From a virus (lineage: Duplodnaviria > Caudoviricetes): a stretch of 39,998 bases of DNA. The position numbers and the translations under genes were made by a program. A model generated the notes under the pieces. That model was not told the DNA's origin and searched no databases. It saw only the letters and a program-made list of their open reading frames with translations. The stretch is taken from positions 1 to 39,998 of the IMG/VR virus record IMGVR_UViG_3300007734_000679, one strand, 5' to 3'. Of the stretch, positions 10,351 through 17,905 are shown one piece after another (positions within the stretch are counted from its first letter, which is position 1; every line of letters starts with the position of its first letter).

Positions 10351-10459
10351 CATCACTATCTACACGATGGTCGATGGACAGTGGGTTCTGTCTTCAGGCA
10401 AAGTGAGAGTCAGCGAAGGTTGGTACTTAGTAAGTCCATCGTTTGTCGAGAACCAATGA
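10232..10459 (+). CDS. Putative o-spanin-like (Rz1-like) lipoprotein
   Basis: TTG start gives MIRFLIPIVFTALVIASASG-C, a signal peptide with lipobox ASGC; starts inside the previous gene. Confidence 0.6.
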   Translation: MIRFLIPIVFTALVIASASGCARTVLVSEGSPIRVGPSSDITIYTMVDGQWVLSSGKVRVSEGWYLVSPSFVENQ

Positions 10460-10629
10460 TGATCCCACTTTCCGAACAAGTGTTTGTTCCGCTTCATCGC
10501 GTCGAGCGAATCTCATTCTTTGCCGACTACGCGTTGATCAAGTTCATTGATCAGCGTGATGTCGAGCGCATCGACGGCGAAGACGCCGATCGGCTGCGCA
10601 AATGCATCAAGTTCACTTGGTCTGTCTGA
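10456..10629 (+). CDS. Hypothetical protein (57 aa)
   Basis: ATGA coupling with the lipoprotein stop; MMIPLSEQVFVPLHRVERI... Confidence 0.6.
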   Translation: MMIPLSEQVFVPLHRVERISFFADYALIKFIDQRDVERIDGEDADRLRKCIKFTWSV

Positions 10630-10631
10630 TC

Positions 10632-10667
10632 AAAAAAAACCGACGCAAGCGGGTGCTTTGCGTCGGT
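10632..10667 (-). terminator. Intrinsic terminator (U-tract on the minus strand; may act in both directions)
   Basis: A8 run followed by the stem ACCGACGCAA / TTGCGTCGGT. Confidence 0.7.
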
Positions 10668-10672
10668 GCTCC

Positions 10673-10701
10673 TTGAACTTTACGCATTTGCTGTGTAGAG
10701 T
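10673..10701 (+). promoter_or_regulatory. Sigma70-like promoter upstream of the structured RNA
   Basis: TTGAAC-17 nt-TAGAGT; the same -10 hexamer occurs in the promoter at 19783. Confidence 0.55.
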
Positions 10702-10703
10702 TC

Positions 10704-11040
10704 GGGTCGGACATCCATAAGAGCGGTCACATTCTACCGCTCGACGACTGAAACAATCGCGGCGCGCCGCATGAATGTAGGATTTTCCCTCGCCTTTGTA
10801 GAGTGGAAGTGGTTTAGTCGTGCGTCTTGACCCTAGCGCACGCCGCGGATTTCCGCGCGCTCGCTCGATGCACGAGGCGGTTGGTACCACCCAACGAAAT
10901 GGTGAAAGCATCGGCAGGGATACCTCGTGCGGCTCCGTATGGGCTGACTTTCCCGTGACCTCGTTTGCACGGGGTCATGGTGTTCCTGCTGCCCACCGAT
11001 GAACTGATGCGACGTCTTGCGTGGCGATGCGCATAGCGAA
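10704..11040 (+). ncRNA. Candidate ~330-nt structured non-coding RNA
   Basis: No credible ORF; upstream promoter; many helices, e.g. 10721-27/10736-42, 10833-47/11020-36, 10870-77/10923-30, 10953-64/10969-80. Confidence 0.55.
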
Positions 11041-11075
11041 CCCCGAAAAAAAATTGCGATTGATCTTCTCTCCTC

Positions 11076-11150
11076 TTGCACTCTGCCCCCGTGTAGGGTA
11101 GACTACGTAGGTCAAGCATGCCGCTTGATCACAACTAGGAGTAGAACGTC
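11076..11150 (+). promoter_or_regulatory. Early promoter-leader unit 1
   Basis: TTGCAC-17-TAGACT; hairpin TCAAGC/GCTTGA; GGAGTAGA at 11138-11145. Confidence 0.75.
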
Positions 11151-11546
11151 ATGGCAAAGAACAACCGCAAGATTTCTGAAATGACCTCGAACTACAACGA
11201 GGTTGCAAACCCGATGCGCGAAGTGGTGAGGTCAACGTCGAACGTTGCTCTTGCAAATCTGATGTCGCGTTGCGACACACTGGCTGACACGGACGCAATG
11301 ACCGCAGCCATTGAAGGCGGCGAGACGATTGATCGTCAGGCGCGCGCGCTTCGCAGTTGCACATTGTTTGCCGTCGAAATTGGCGCAATCAGCCCCGACC
11401 AGTTTCAAGTGCTGAACACCATCCGTTCATATGCGCGCGCACGCGCGTATGCACTGATGAGCGAAATTGACAGCGCCGACATGCAGAAAGCGATTCGCAG
11501 CGGTGCGTACTCGGGATCAACTGCGCTTTCCGAACTTCTGAAGTGA
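11151..11546 (+). CDS. Hypothetical helical protein (131 aa)
   Basis: Strong promoter and RBS upstream; terminator-like hairpin downstream. Confidence 0.8.
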   Translation: MAKNNRKISEMTSNYNEVANPMREVVRSTSNVALANLMSRCDTLADTDAMTAAIEGGETIDRQARALRSCTLFAVEIGAISPDQFQVLNTIRSYARARAYALMSEIDSADMQKAIRSGAYSGSTALSELLK

Positions 11547-11557
11547 CGGCGGAAAAA

Positions 11558-11594
11558 CAGAAGCGCCGCACATGAGGCGCGGCGCTTCTGCTTT
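11558..11594 (+). terminator. Terminator-like hairpin
   Basis: CAGAAGCGCCGC / GCGGCGCTTCTG 12-bp stem, flanked by AAAAA and CTTT. Confidence 0.6.
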
Positions 11595-11619
11595 GGGGAA
11601 AAGATACGGACACCATACC

Positions 11620-11931
11620 ATGAAACAAGACGAAACACCACACCGAACACCGATGCAAAAAACGCGTTGGTCTACGCAGGACGAAGCGTGGAAACTGATT
11701 CAGCCTTCGTTGGCAGGGATCGGCGTGCGGGTATTCCGCTCCATTCAGGAGCGCCCGCAGACTTGCGACGAAGTCGAGATTACTCTCGGGCTCACGCATC
11801 AAACCTGTTCCGCATCGATCAACAAACTAATGCGGGACGGGGTGATCATTTCAATTGGCAAACGGAAGACCCGATCAGGCAGAGCCGCCTGCGTGTGGTC
11901 AATTCCGTTCCCTGAAAGTCTGTTCCCATGA
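11620..11931 (+). CDS. Winged-helix DNA-binding protein
   Basis: TCDEVEITLGLTHQTCSASINKLMRDGVI...KRKTRSGRAACVW, a common phage wHTH pattern. Confidence 0.75.
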   Translation: MKQDETPHRTPMQKTRWSTQDEAWKLIQPSLAGIGVRVFRSIQERPQTCDEVEITLGLTHQTCSASINKLMRDGVIISIGKRKTRSGRAACVWSIPFPESLFP

Positions 11932-12173
11932 ACCCTCTCATCACAGATCTTGTGCTGCTCACGCACGCGGGCAAGCGGTTGAACCGTCGCGACCTTGCCA
12001 TTCGATGGAACTGCTCAATTCGAAATGTCTCGGCGGTCATCGCCGTGGCTCGTGCCAAGTTTGGGGTAGTGCTCGAAAGCCACAAACTGACAGACGGCAC
12101 GCACGCGTACGGGCTTTCCTCGTACGGCAACCTTCAACCATCAAGCATGAAGCGCAAGAGGAAGACCCGATGA
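11928..12173 (+). CDS. HTH DNA-binding protein
   Basis: LNRRDLAIRWNCSIRNVSAVI HTH pattern; ATGA coupling. Confidence 0.65.
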   Translation: MNPLITDLVLLTHAGKRLNRRDLAIRWNCSIRNVSAVIAVARAKFGVVLESHKLTDGTHAYGLSSYGNLQPSSMKRKRKTR

Positions 12174-12362
12174 ATGAAAAAGAATAAACGCGTCAACTGC
12201 GCCGTTGCCGTTGGCGCCGACATGCACAAACAGATCACTGCGCTTGCAAAGGAATACAGTGCATCGATGGGATTTCATGTGAGCCGTACAACGGTCATTC
12301 GCATGAGCCTCACCGCTTTGCTGTACTTGCGCGATCGAAAGGCAGCACGCAATGCCAAATGA
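12174..12362 (+). CDS. Putative ribbon-helix-helix regulator
   Basis: Alternating beta strand (VNCAVAV) then two helices with VSRTTVIRMSL. Confidence 0.5.
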   Translation: MKKNKRVNCAVAVGADMHKQITALAKEYSASMGFHVSRTTVIRMSLTALLYLRDRKAARNAK

Positions 12363-12480
12363 AATGGTTCGAGCAATTGCTTCTGTGGTAATTCTTGCCT
12401 CGTGCATGTTCGCGCTGTACTGCGCGCTCGCACCCATCGTCACCATTGAGGAGGACAAGCATGACGATCTCGACTCCTGA
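12352..12480 (+). CDS. Small membrane peptide (42 aa)
   Basis: MPNEMVRAIASVVILASCMFALYCALAPIVTIEEDKHDDLDS; fills the gap between neighbouring genes. Confidence 0.45.
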   Translation: MPNEMVRAIASVVILASCMFALYCALAPIVTIEEDKHDDLDS

Positions 12481-12709
12481 CATCGTGACGATCCTGCGTC
12501 AACGCATTGATCAGTGCCGATGTTTAAACGCAGTACCCGCCACACGATGTTGCGGCGGCTGCGAACATGACACTCGCTGCCTCGTAGAAATCGTCGAAGT
12601 GCGGCGCGAGCGCGACGAGGCGCGGCGCGAAGTCTGCGCCATGTCGTGCGACGATCAGAAAAGGACGGCAGAGGATCGAGGTTGGGATTGCTACAAGGAG
12701 ACACCATGA
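12461..12709 (+). CDS. Cys-rich protein with ERDEARREVC...RGWDC motif
   Basis: GAGGAGGA RBS; the motif recurs at 21097-21309. Confidence 0.7.
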   Translation: MTISTPDIVTILRQRIDQCRCLNAVPATRCCGGCEHDTRCLVEIVEVRRERDEARREVCAMSCDDQKRTAEDRGWDCYKETP

Positions 12710-12831
12710 ACCAATGCGAGTTTTCCTACGCCCCCGAGTGTGGCAAATGCGATGCTTGCGAGTCGTGGGGAGATTATGTTCGGATCTGCCATCCGACCAC
12801 AGACACGGAAGAGGAGGACAACGATGACTGA
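12706..12831 (+). CDS. Small Cys-rich protein (41 aa)
   Basis: AAGGAG RBS; ATGA coupling; CxxCxxC motif. Confidence 0.55.
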   Translation: MNQCEFSYAPECGKCDACESWGDYVRICHPTTDTEEEDNDD

Positions 12832-13066
12832 GCAGGACAGCCTGTTTCCATCGGAGAAACTTTGGCGCAAAGAATGGGTTGGCATGCCCGAGTTTGAACA
12901 ACCATGCACCGAAGCAATAATGTCTGTAACTGTTCACTTTGTGTCATACTCTGACATGCATGCGTTTGCTGCGCTTGTTGGATCGCGCATCTTGCCTACG
13001 ACCAAGAGTTTGTTTTACCCGCCACCGTCAACGCCAGTAAAAATGGTGTACACGCGTGAATCCTAG
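12824..13066 (+). CDS. Small partner protein of the TAGT-like glycosyltransferase
   Basis: EWVGMPEFEQ...VHF...AFAALVG...TKSLFYP motif, which I recall upstream of phage TAGT/GREB1-like genes; GAGGAGGA RBS. Confidence 0.7.
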   Translation: MTEQDSLFPSEKLWRKEWVGMPEFEQPCTEAIMSVTVHFVSYSDMHAFAALVGSRILPTTKSLFYPPPSTPVKMVYTRES

Positions 13067-13928
13067 ACACCCTATCTACATTGTCAGCAAGGGTAGGTGG
13101 GACAGCAGGCTTACCGCTCGTGCGCTAGATGAAATGGGTGTGCCGTACTACATCGTGGTTGAGCAGGCTGAGTACGACAAGTACGCTGCGGTGATTTGCA
13201 AAGATAAAATCCTTGTGCTTGATCAGCAGTACCTTGACGACTATCAAACGCTTGACAATCTTGGGGCGACGAAGAGTAAAGGGCCTGGATCAGCAAGAAA
13301 CTTTTGTTGGGATCACTCGCTTTTGCGCCACGGCGCAACATGGCATTGGGTGCTAGATGACAACATCAACGGTTTCGTCCGACTCAATCGCAACCAACGC
13401 ATCAAAGTTAATAGCGGCGCAATGTTTGCAGCCGCCGAGGATTTTGTAGAGCGATACGAAAATGTTGTACAGGCTGGGTTTGAGTATCGATTCTTTGCAG
13501 GCGGTGGTCGCCGTGAGAAAGCACCGTACAGAACAAACACGAGGGTGTACTCGTGCATCCTTATTCGCAACGACATCCCATTCAGATGGCGTGGCAGATA
13601 CAACGAGGACACCATTCTCTCGCTTGACATACTGACTAATGGTTATGCCACCATACTCTTCCAAGCATTTCTTCAGAACAAGGCTGCTACACAGACTGTC
13701 AAGGGTGGAAACAGCGCAGACTTCTATGACCACGAGGGGACACGACCCAAGTCGCAGATGTTGATTGATGTCTATCCACAATACTCACGCATGGTCACCC
13801 GCTATGGGCGATGCCACCACCATGTGGACTACTCATCATTTCAAAGAACTCAACTAATTCGCAAGAGTGGCGTTTCGATTCCCGATGGCGTGAACAACTA
13901 TGGCATGGTTCTAAAGGAGACAACATGA
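13056..13928 (+). CDS. TET-associated (TAGT) / GREB1-like glycosyltransferase
   Basis: PIYIVSKGR, GPGSARNFCW, HWVLDDNI (acidic metal-binding motif), RVYSCILI, WRGRYNEDT, KGGN and HHHVDY motifs. Confidence 0.8.
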   Translation: MNPRHPIYIVSKGRWDSRLTARALDEMGVPYYIVVEQAEYDKYAAVICKDKILVLDQQYLDDYQTLDNLGATKSKGPGSARNFCWDHSLLRHGATWHWVLDDNINGFVRLNRNQRIKVNSGAMFAAAEDFVERYENVVQAGFEYRFFAGGGRREKAPYRTNTRVYSCILIRNDIPFRWRGRYNEDTILSLDILTNGYATILFQAFLQNKAATQTVKGGNSADFYDHEGTRPKSQMLIDVYPQYSRMVTRYGRCHHHVDYSSFQRTQLIRKSGVSIPDGVNNYGMVLKETT

Positions 13929-14476
13929 ACACCAAGCGCGAATGGATTACGCAGAAGAACCCTGATGCAATGTTGTGGGATGGGCTTGATGCTGCGATCA
14001 TTGGCATCGCCGAACGATGCGGTCAGCCTCCGACTGCTGTGTACGATCGAGAGCAAGCAATCGCTATCTTGGCACAGGAAATGACGGAAGAGGATGCCGA
14101 AGAATATTTTGATTTTAATGTGGCATGTGCCTATATCGGCGCTCTCACGCCGTTCGTGATGGACAGAATCCCAATGCATGAACTTCACACGCGTGACTAC
14201 CTTGCCCGCCTGCGCGATCTGCCGCACCCGTCGCTGCTTGATGTAGACGAGGCGATCGCGCAGATCATTGCGCTGCGTGCCGAGGTCGAGCGCCTGCGCA
14301 CCGCCGTCACAGTGTGGTCAGCGGCGGATGCCGAGTGGATGTCGATTGATGTCCCGACGCGCACCGCACTGAACACCCTGCGCGATGCGGACAAGGCGCT
14401 TCGTGATGCAGTCGGCTTGCCGTCGCCGAGAACCTATGACGATCCGACCGAGTGGTTCGACGGGGTGACCGAATGA
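13925..14476 (+). CDS. Conserved phage hypothetical protein fused to a coiled-coil domain
   Basis: DGLDAAIIG...AVYD...EEDAEEYFDFNVACAYIG..TP family motif; C-terminal ALRAEVERLR segment. Confidence 0.75.
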   Translation: MNTKREWITQKNPDAMLWDGLDAAIIGIAERCGQPPTAVYDREQAIAILAQEMTEEDAEEYFDFNVACAYIGALTPFVMDRIPMHELHTRDYLARLRDLPHPSLLDVDEAIAQIIALRAEVERLRTAVTVWSAADAEWMSIDVPTRTALNTLRDADKALRDAVGLPSPRTYDDPTEWFDGVTE

Positions 14477-14610
14477 GCGCGTACCAGATGGATCATCCGT
14501 TTGTGGTTTCGTTCTCGGGCGGTCGTAATCAAATCAATATTCAGCCCGAACTATTTGGAGCAACCAGTGATGAAGACAACGAGATCATTCCATGTACTTG
14601 CACCGACTAA
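14473..14610 (+). pseudogene. Internally deleted remnant of a PAPS-reductase-like (PP-loop) gene
   Basis: MSAYQMDHPFVVSFSGGR|NQINIQPELFGATSDEDNEIIPCTCTD: an N-terminal SFSGGR motif joined directly to a typical C-terminal Q..LF...PCxCTD tail. Confidence 0.65.
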
Positions 14611-14622
14611 CGTGGTGAACCA

Positions 14623-15039
14623 ATGACCTTCACTGTCATCGGCATCCCTGCGGCGCAGGGCTCGAAGCGCATGGTGCGCGCGCGCGGAGGGCGCACACTT
14701 CTGATCGAGCAATCAACGCGGGTCAAGCCGTGGCGCGCAGCCGTAGCCGCTGCTGCCCGCGCAGCAGGCTGTAAACCTCGTGATGGTGATTGCGCCGTGA
14801 CGGTCAGCATCAGACTTGCGCGACCCGCGGCGCACTACAAGGCAGACGGCACCCTGCGGACAGGGCTTCCACGATTCCCGCGCCGCATCGACATTGACAA
14901 GGCGGCGCGCGCTGTGCTCGACGCGTTGACTGGGGTCGCGTACCTCGACGATCGTCAGGTGCAGCAACTCGACATCGACCGAGTGTGGTACGCCGAGGGC
15001 GGCGCCCTGATCTCGGTAGATTTCATCGAAGGCGCTTGA
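14623..15039 (+). CDS. rusA: RusA-like Holliday junction resolvase
   Basis: G.PAAQGSKR, KPWR, DIDKAARAVLDALTGVAYLDDRQV catalytic motif. Confidence 0.9.
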   Translation: MTFTVIGIPAAQGSKRMVRARGGRTLLIEQSTRVKPWRAAVAAAARAAGCKPRDGDCAVTVSIRLARPAAHYKADGTLRTGLPRFPRRIDIDKAARAVLDALTGVAYLDDRQVQQLDIDRVWYAEGGALISVDFIEGA

Positions 15040-15108
15040 CACCCTACGCGATCGACAGTATGCTGTGTCTGCGCGCCAATTATGGTGCGCCCTACAGGAG
15101 TAGACCCT
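15036..15108 (+). promoter_or_regulatory. Early promoter-leader unit 2
   Basis: TTGACA-17-TATGCT; hairpin GCGCGCCA/TGGTGCGC; GGAGTAGA at 15097-15104. Confidence 0.8.
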
Positions 15109-16008
15109 ATGGACATCTCTCTCGCATCCCGCGCTGCATCGCGGTTCTCCCCTGATCAGGTTGACCTGATCGCTCGCACCATCGCCAAGGGTTGTGGCGC
15201 CGACGAACTTTCCCTGTTCATTGCGATCTGTGATCGCACTGGGCTCGATCCCTTTGCACGGCAGATCTACGCGATCCGCCGTTGGGACAGCCGAGAGAAG
15301 CGCGAAATCATGCAGTGCCAAATCTCGATCGATGGCGCGCGCCTGACCGCGCAGCGCAGCAACGAGTACGCGGGGCAGGACGGCCCGTACTGGTGCGGCG
15401 CGGACGGCGCGTGGCGTGATGTTTGGTTGTCGGACGAGCCGCCGACCGCGGCGAAAGTTGGCGTGATGCGGCGCGGATTCACCGCACCTTTGTACGCGGT
15501 CGCTTTGTTCTCGGAGTACGCGCAGCGCGGACGCGAGGGGCAGTTGACGGGGATGTGGGGGAAGATGCCAGTCGTGATGATTGCCAAGTGCGCCGAGTCG
15601 CTTGCGCTGCGCAAGGCATTCCCCGCCGAGTTGAGCGGGCTGTACACGAGCGAGGAAATGTCGCAGGCTGACGCGCCTGCGCCTGCCGAGCGCGCGACCT
15701 CGACCGCTGCACTGTTCAGCCCGACGCCTGTCACCGCTATCGCTGTTGTCGAGCCCGCGCCTGCGCCCGCGCTGCCGTGGCCTCCATCCTGTGACGCGAC
15801 CGTCACGCCCCGCAAGATCGTGCCGCGCGGCGCCAACACTGCCGTGCTGTTCGAGGATCATCAGGGCATGAGCAACTGGGTAGCGGTTCCGAACGAGATG
15901 GCAGGCGTGATCGAGGTTGGCGTACCCGTTGACCTCGCGTGGGATTTCGACAAGGCGGGCAAGTTCTTTGTTGCCCATTCCATCACCCGAATCAAGGAGA
16001 CAGCATGA
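15109..16008 (+). CDS. bet: Phage recombination protein Bet (RecT/Red-beta family single-strand annealing protein)
   Basis: [69 protein letters not shown]. Confidence 0.92.
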   Translation: MDISLASRAASRFSPDQVDLIARTIAKGCGADELSLFIAICDRTGLDPFARQIYAIRRWDSREKREIMQCQISIDGARLTAQRSNEYAGQDGPYWCGADGAWRDVWLSDEPPTAAKVGVMRRGFTAPLYAVALFSEYAQRGREGQLTGMWGKMPVVMIAKCAESLALRKAFPAELSGLYTSEEMSQADAPAPAERATSTAALFSPTPVTAIAVVEPAPAPALPWPPSCDATVTPRKIVPRGANTAVLFEDHQGMSNWVAVPNEMAGVIEVGVPVDLAWDFDKAGKFFVAHSITRIKETA

Positions 16009-16517
16009 GCCTTTACGAGATTAATCACGAACTGCTTTCGCTGCTCAATGCGCGTACCGACGCCGAGGGCAACCTCGACGAGGAAACCGAAGCCGCAATG
16101 GCGGAGCACATTGCTGCGCTCTCAATGGCGTTCGACGACAAGATTGATGCATATGCAGCACTTATTCAAACCTGCAAATCTCGTGGTGATGCAAGGCTGT
16201 CGGAGTCCCGACGCATGGCGGCGCTTGCCGAGTCGGACAAAGTGCTTGTCGCGCGCCTGCAAAAAGCCGTACTTACGGCAATGACCAGTACGGGGAAACT
16301 CGCCGCCGACACCGCGCGTTTCCGCGTGCGCGTGGTGAAAAACGGAGGCGTCGTGCCCGTGATCGTCCACGATGCAGACAGCCTGAGCGCCGAGTATCGG
16401 GTGCCCGTATACTCGGAGCGTGTGGACACCGCAGCCCTGCGCATCGCGCTAGAGCGTGGTGATGTGATCGCGGGCGCCACGCTCGGAGAGCGCGGATCCC
16501 GACTCGACATCCGATAG
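16005..16517 (+). CDS. Siphovirus Gp157-like protein
   Basis: MSLYEI...DKIDAYA...E..R....A coiled coil; ends ALERG..IAGATL.ERG.RL.IR; adjacent to bet. Confidence 0.8.
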   Translation: MSLYEINHELLSLLNARTDAEGNLDEETEAAMAEHIAALSMAFDDKIDAYAALIQTCKSRGDARLSESRRMAALAESDKVLVARLQKAVLTAMTSTGKLAADTARFRVRVVKNGGVVPVIVHDADSLSAEYRVPVYSERVDTAALRIALERGDVIAGATLGERGSRLDIR

Positions 16518-16527
16518 ATCTACTCCG
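16518..16527 (+). promoter_or_regulatory. Antisense seed complementary to the shared early RBS
   Basis: ATCTACTCCG is the reverse complement of CGGAGTAGAT and fills the gap between the stop codon and the terminator stem. Confidence 0.55.
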
Positions 16528-16572
16528 CTCCCCTGCGCCGCGCAAGTGGCGCGGGGGAGTTTTTCTATTTTT
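16528..16572 (+). terminator. Intrinsic terminator
   Basis: 14-bp stem CTCCCCTGCGCCGC / GTGGCGCGGGGGAG, GCAA tetraloop, then TTTTTCTATTTTT. Confidence 0.9.
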
Positions 16573-16586
16573 GTTCGCCGTCGCCC

Positions 16587-16665
16587 TTGCATCCTACCGA
16601 TGCACGGGGTACGGTGTGCGTGTACCGATCGCGTGATCGGCTCGCAACACCCACGGAGTAGAACC
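16587..16665 (+). promoter_or_regulatory. Early promoter-leader unit 3
   Basis: TTGCAT-17-TACGGT; hairpin CCGATC-GCGT-GATCGG; ACGGAGTAGA. Confidence 0.8.
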
Positions 16666-17037
16666 ATGTGCAAAAAATCCCCCAGTCCTCGATCGCTTGC
16701 GACAGCCGCAGCCATCGAAGCGGTCACGAACCGCATCGAAGCGTTTAGCGTGCAATGTTGGAAGCGCCCGCGTAAACCGATGTCTCCGTATGTGCTGCGC
16801 GAGCGCGCGGCGATCGGTTTCGCTCTTGATGTCCTGTTTCAGGCGGGCATGATTGTTGAGGCCGAGCGCGCCGCGTTGATTTCCGAAATGGACACCGCCG
16901 AGCACGGCGGCAGCACATACCCAACCCTGTGTGAGGCTTGCCACGGCGTCGTGCCGCAGGCAATGTCGAACACTGTCGGTAATTCCGAAACCGCCACCTT
17001 CACCGTTTGCGATTACTGCCGACCTATTTACGCTTAA
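16666..17037 (+). CDS. Early hypothetical protein with C-terminal CxxC..CxxC zinc finger
   Basis: Follows the leader unit; CEAC...CDYC. Confidence 0.75.
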   Translation: MCKKSPSPRSLATAAAIEAVTNRIEAFSVQCWKRPRKPMSPYVLRERAAIGFALDVLFQAGMIVEAERAALISEMDTAEHGGSTYPTLCEACHGVVPQAMSNTVGNSETATFTVCDYCRPIYA

Positions 17038-17048
17038 GGAACCCCACC

Positions 17049-17348
17049 ATGTCCGAATCAACCGACAACATCGCCGCCAGTCTGCACGCCCGCATTGAAA
17101 CCTACCGCGAGGAGATCCTCGGCGCGCCGCCGAGCCCCTCTAATTTCGATTACCTGCTCCGCCTGTTCCACGGCGCGCAGGCGCTGATCGCCTACGGGGA
17201 TGAGGCGCAACTGTGGGGGCCGAGCGCCGCGCGAAACGCGTTCGCGTGGCTCGACCTCGCATGGTCGCCGCATCGCGCCGCCGAGGAGCGGCGCAGATGG
17301 CCCGCGCTGTCCGCGGCAGGGCTCGCAGGTACGGGAGGTGGCGCATGA
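17049..17348 (+). CDS. Early hypothetical protein (99 aa)
   Basis: AAGGAA RBS; coupled to the next gene. Confidence 0.65.
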   Translation: MSESTDNIAASLHARIETYREEILGAPPSPSNFDYLLRLFHGAQALIAYGDEAQLWGPSAARNAFAWLDLAWSPHRAAEERRRWPALSAAGLAGTGGGA

Positions 17349-17593
17349 GAGTAATCGCGTACACCTACGACGCCGATGTGCACTGCCCCGCCTGCACGCG
17401 CAGGGCGCTCGCCATCGGCACGCTGACCGCGGCGCCAGTGTGGAACATCGAGCCGCCTGCGACGCGCCGCAAAGACAGGCACGGCATGCCCGAAATGTTG
17501 TTTGATTCCAAGGGCAACGAAGTCGGCGCGCTGTTTAGCACCGATGAATGCCCCGAGGCGGTCATGTGCGCCGACTGCGGGCGCGAGGTATGA
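17345..17593 (+). CDS. Early zinc-binding protein
   Basis: GGAGG RBS; IAYTYDADVHCPAC...DSKGNEV..LFSTDE...CADC. Confidence 0.75.
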   Translation: MRVIAYTYDADVHCPACTRRALAIGTLTAAPVWNIEPPATRRKDRHGMPEMLFDSKGNEVGALFSTDECPEAVMCADCGREV

Positions 17594-17805
17594 GCGTCGA
17601 GGCTGCGCGCGCTGCGGCGATCGCTGCGATCTATCGACAGATCCAGTGGGTCGCCGAGCACGGCGCGCTCGACCACAGCGGCGCAGCCGCGGCGTGTATC
17701 CGCGATCAGATCACACTCAGCGCGCACATGGCGCTGATCGATGACGAGGCGCACGCCGCCATGCTCGCGGCGCTCGCCGAGGCCGAGGGCACAAATTTTT
17801 TGTAG
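17590..17805 (+). CDS. Early hypothetical helical protein (71 aa)
   Basis: GAGG RBS; ATGA coupling. Confidence 0.65.
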   Translation: MSVEAARAAAIAAIYRQIQWVAEHGALDHSGAAAACIRDQITLSAHMALIDDEAHAAMLAALAEAEGTNFL

Positions 17806-17823
17806 ATTGATTTAGCAAAGCCC

Positions 17824-17905
17824 TTGCATCCTACCGATACGGGGGATACAGTCACCACATCGGGCGCGTGCTCGATTCAGATTCACACCTCACGGAGTAG
17901 ATTCC
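17824..17905 (+). promoter_or_regulatory. Early promoter-leader unit 4
   Basis: TTGCAT-17-TACAGT; hairpin ATCGGGC-GCGT-GCTCGAT; ACGGAGTAGAT. Confidence 0.8.

Noticed and set aside
10704-11040. tRNA, tmRNA or hammerhead identity for the structured RNA
   Set aside because: No T-arm or CCA end and no tag ORF; CTGATGC at 11004 lacks the CUGANGA...GAAA core arrangement.
7892-11050. Diversity-generating retroelement, expected from the BPP-1-like architecture
   Set aside because: No reverse transcriptase ORF, and I saw no template/variable repeat pair differing at adenines near the fibre genes.
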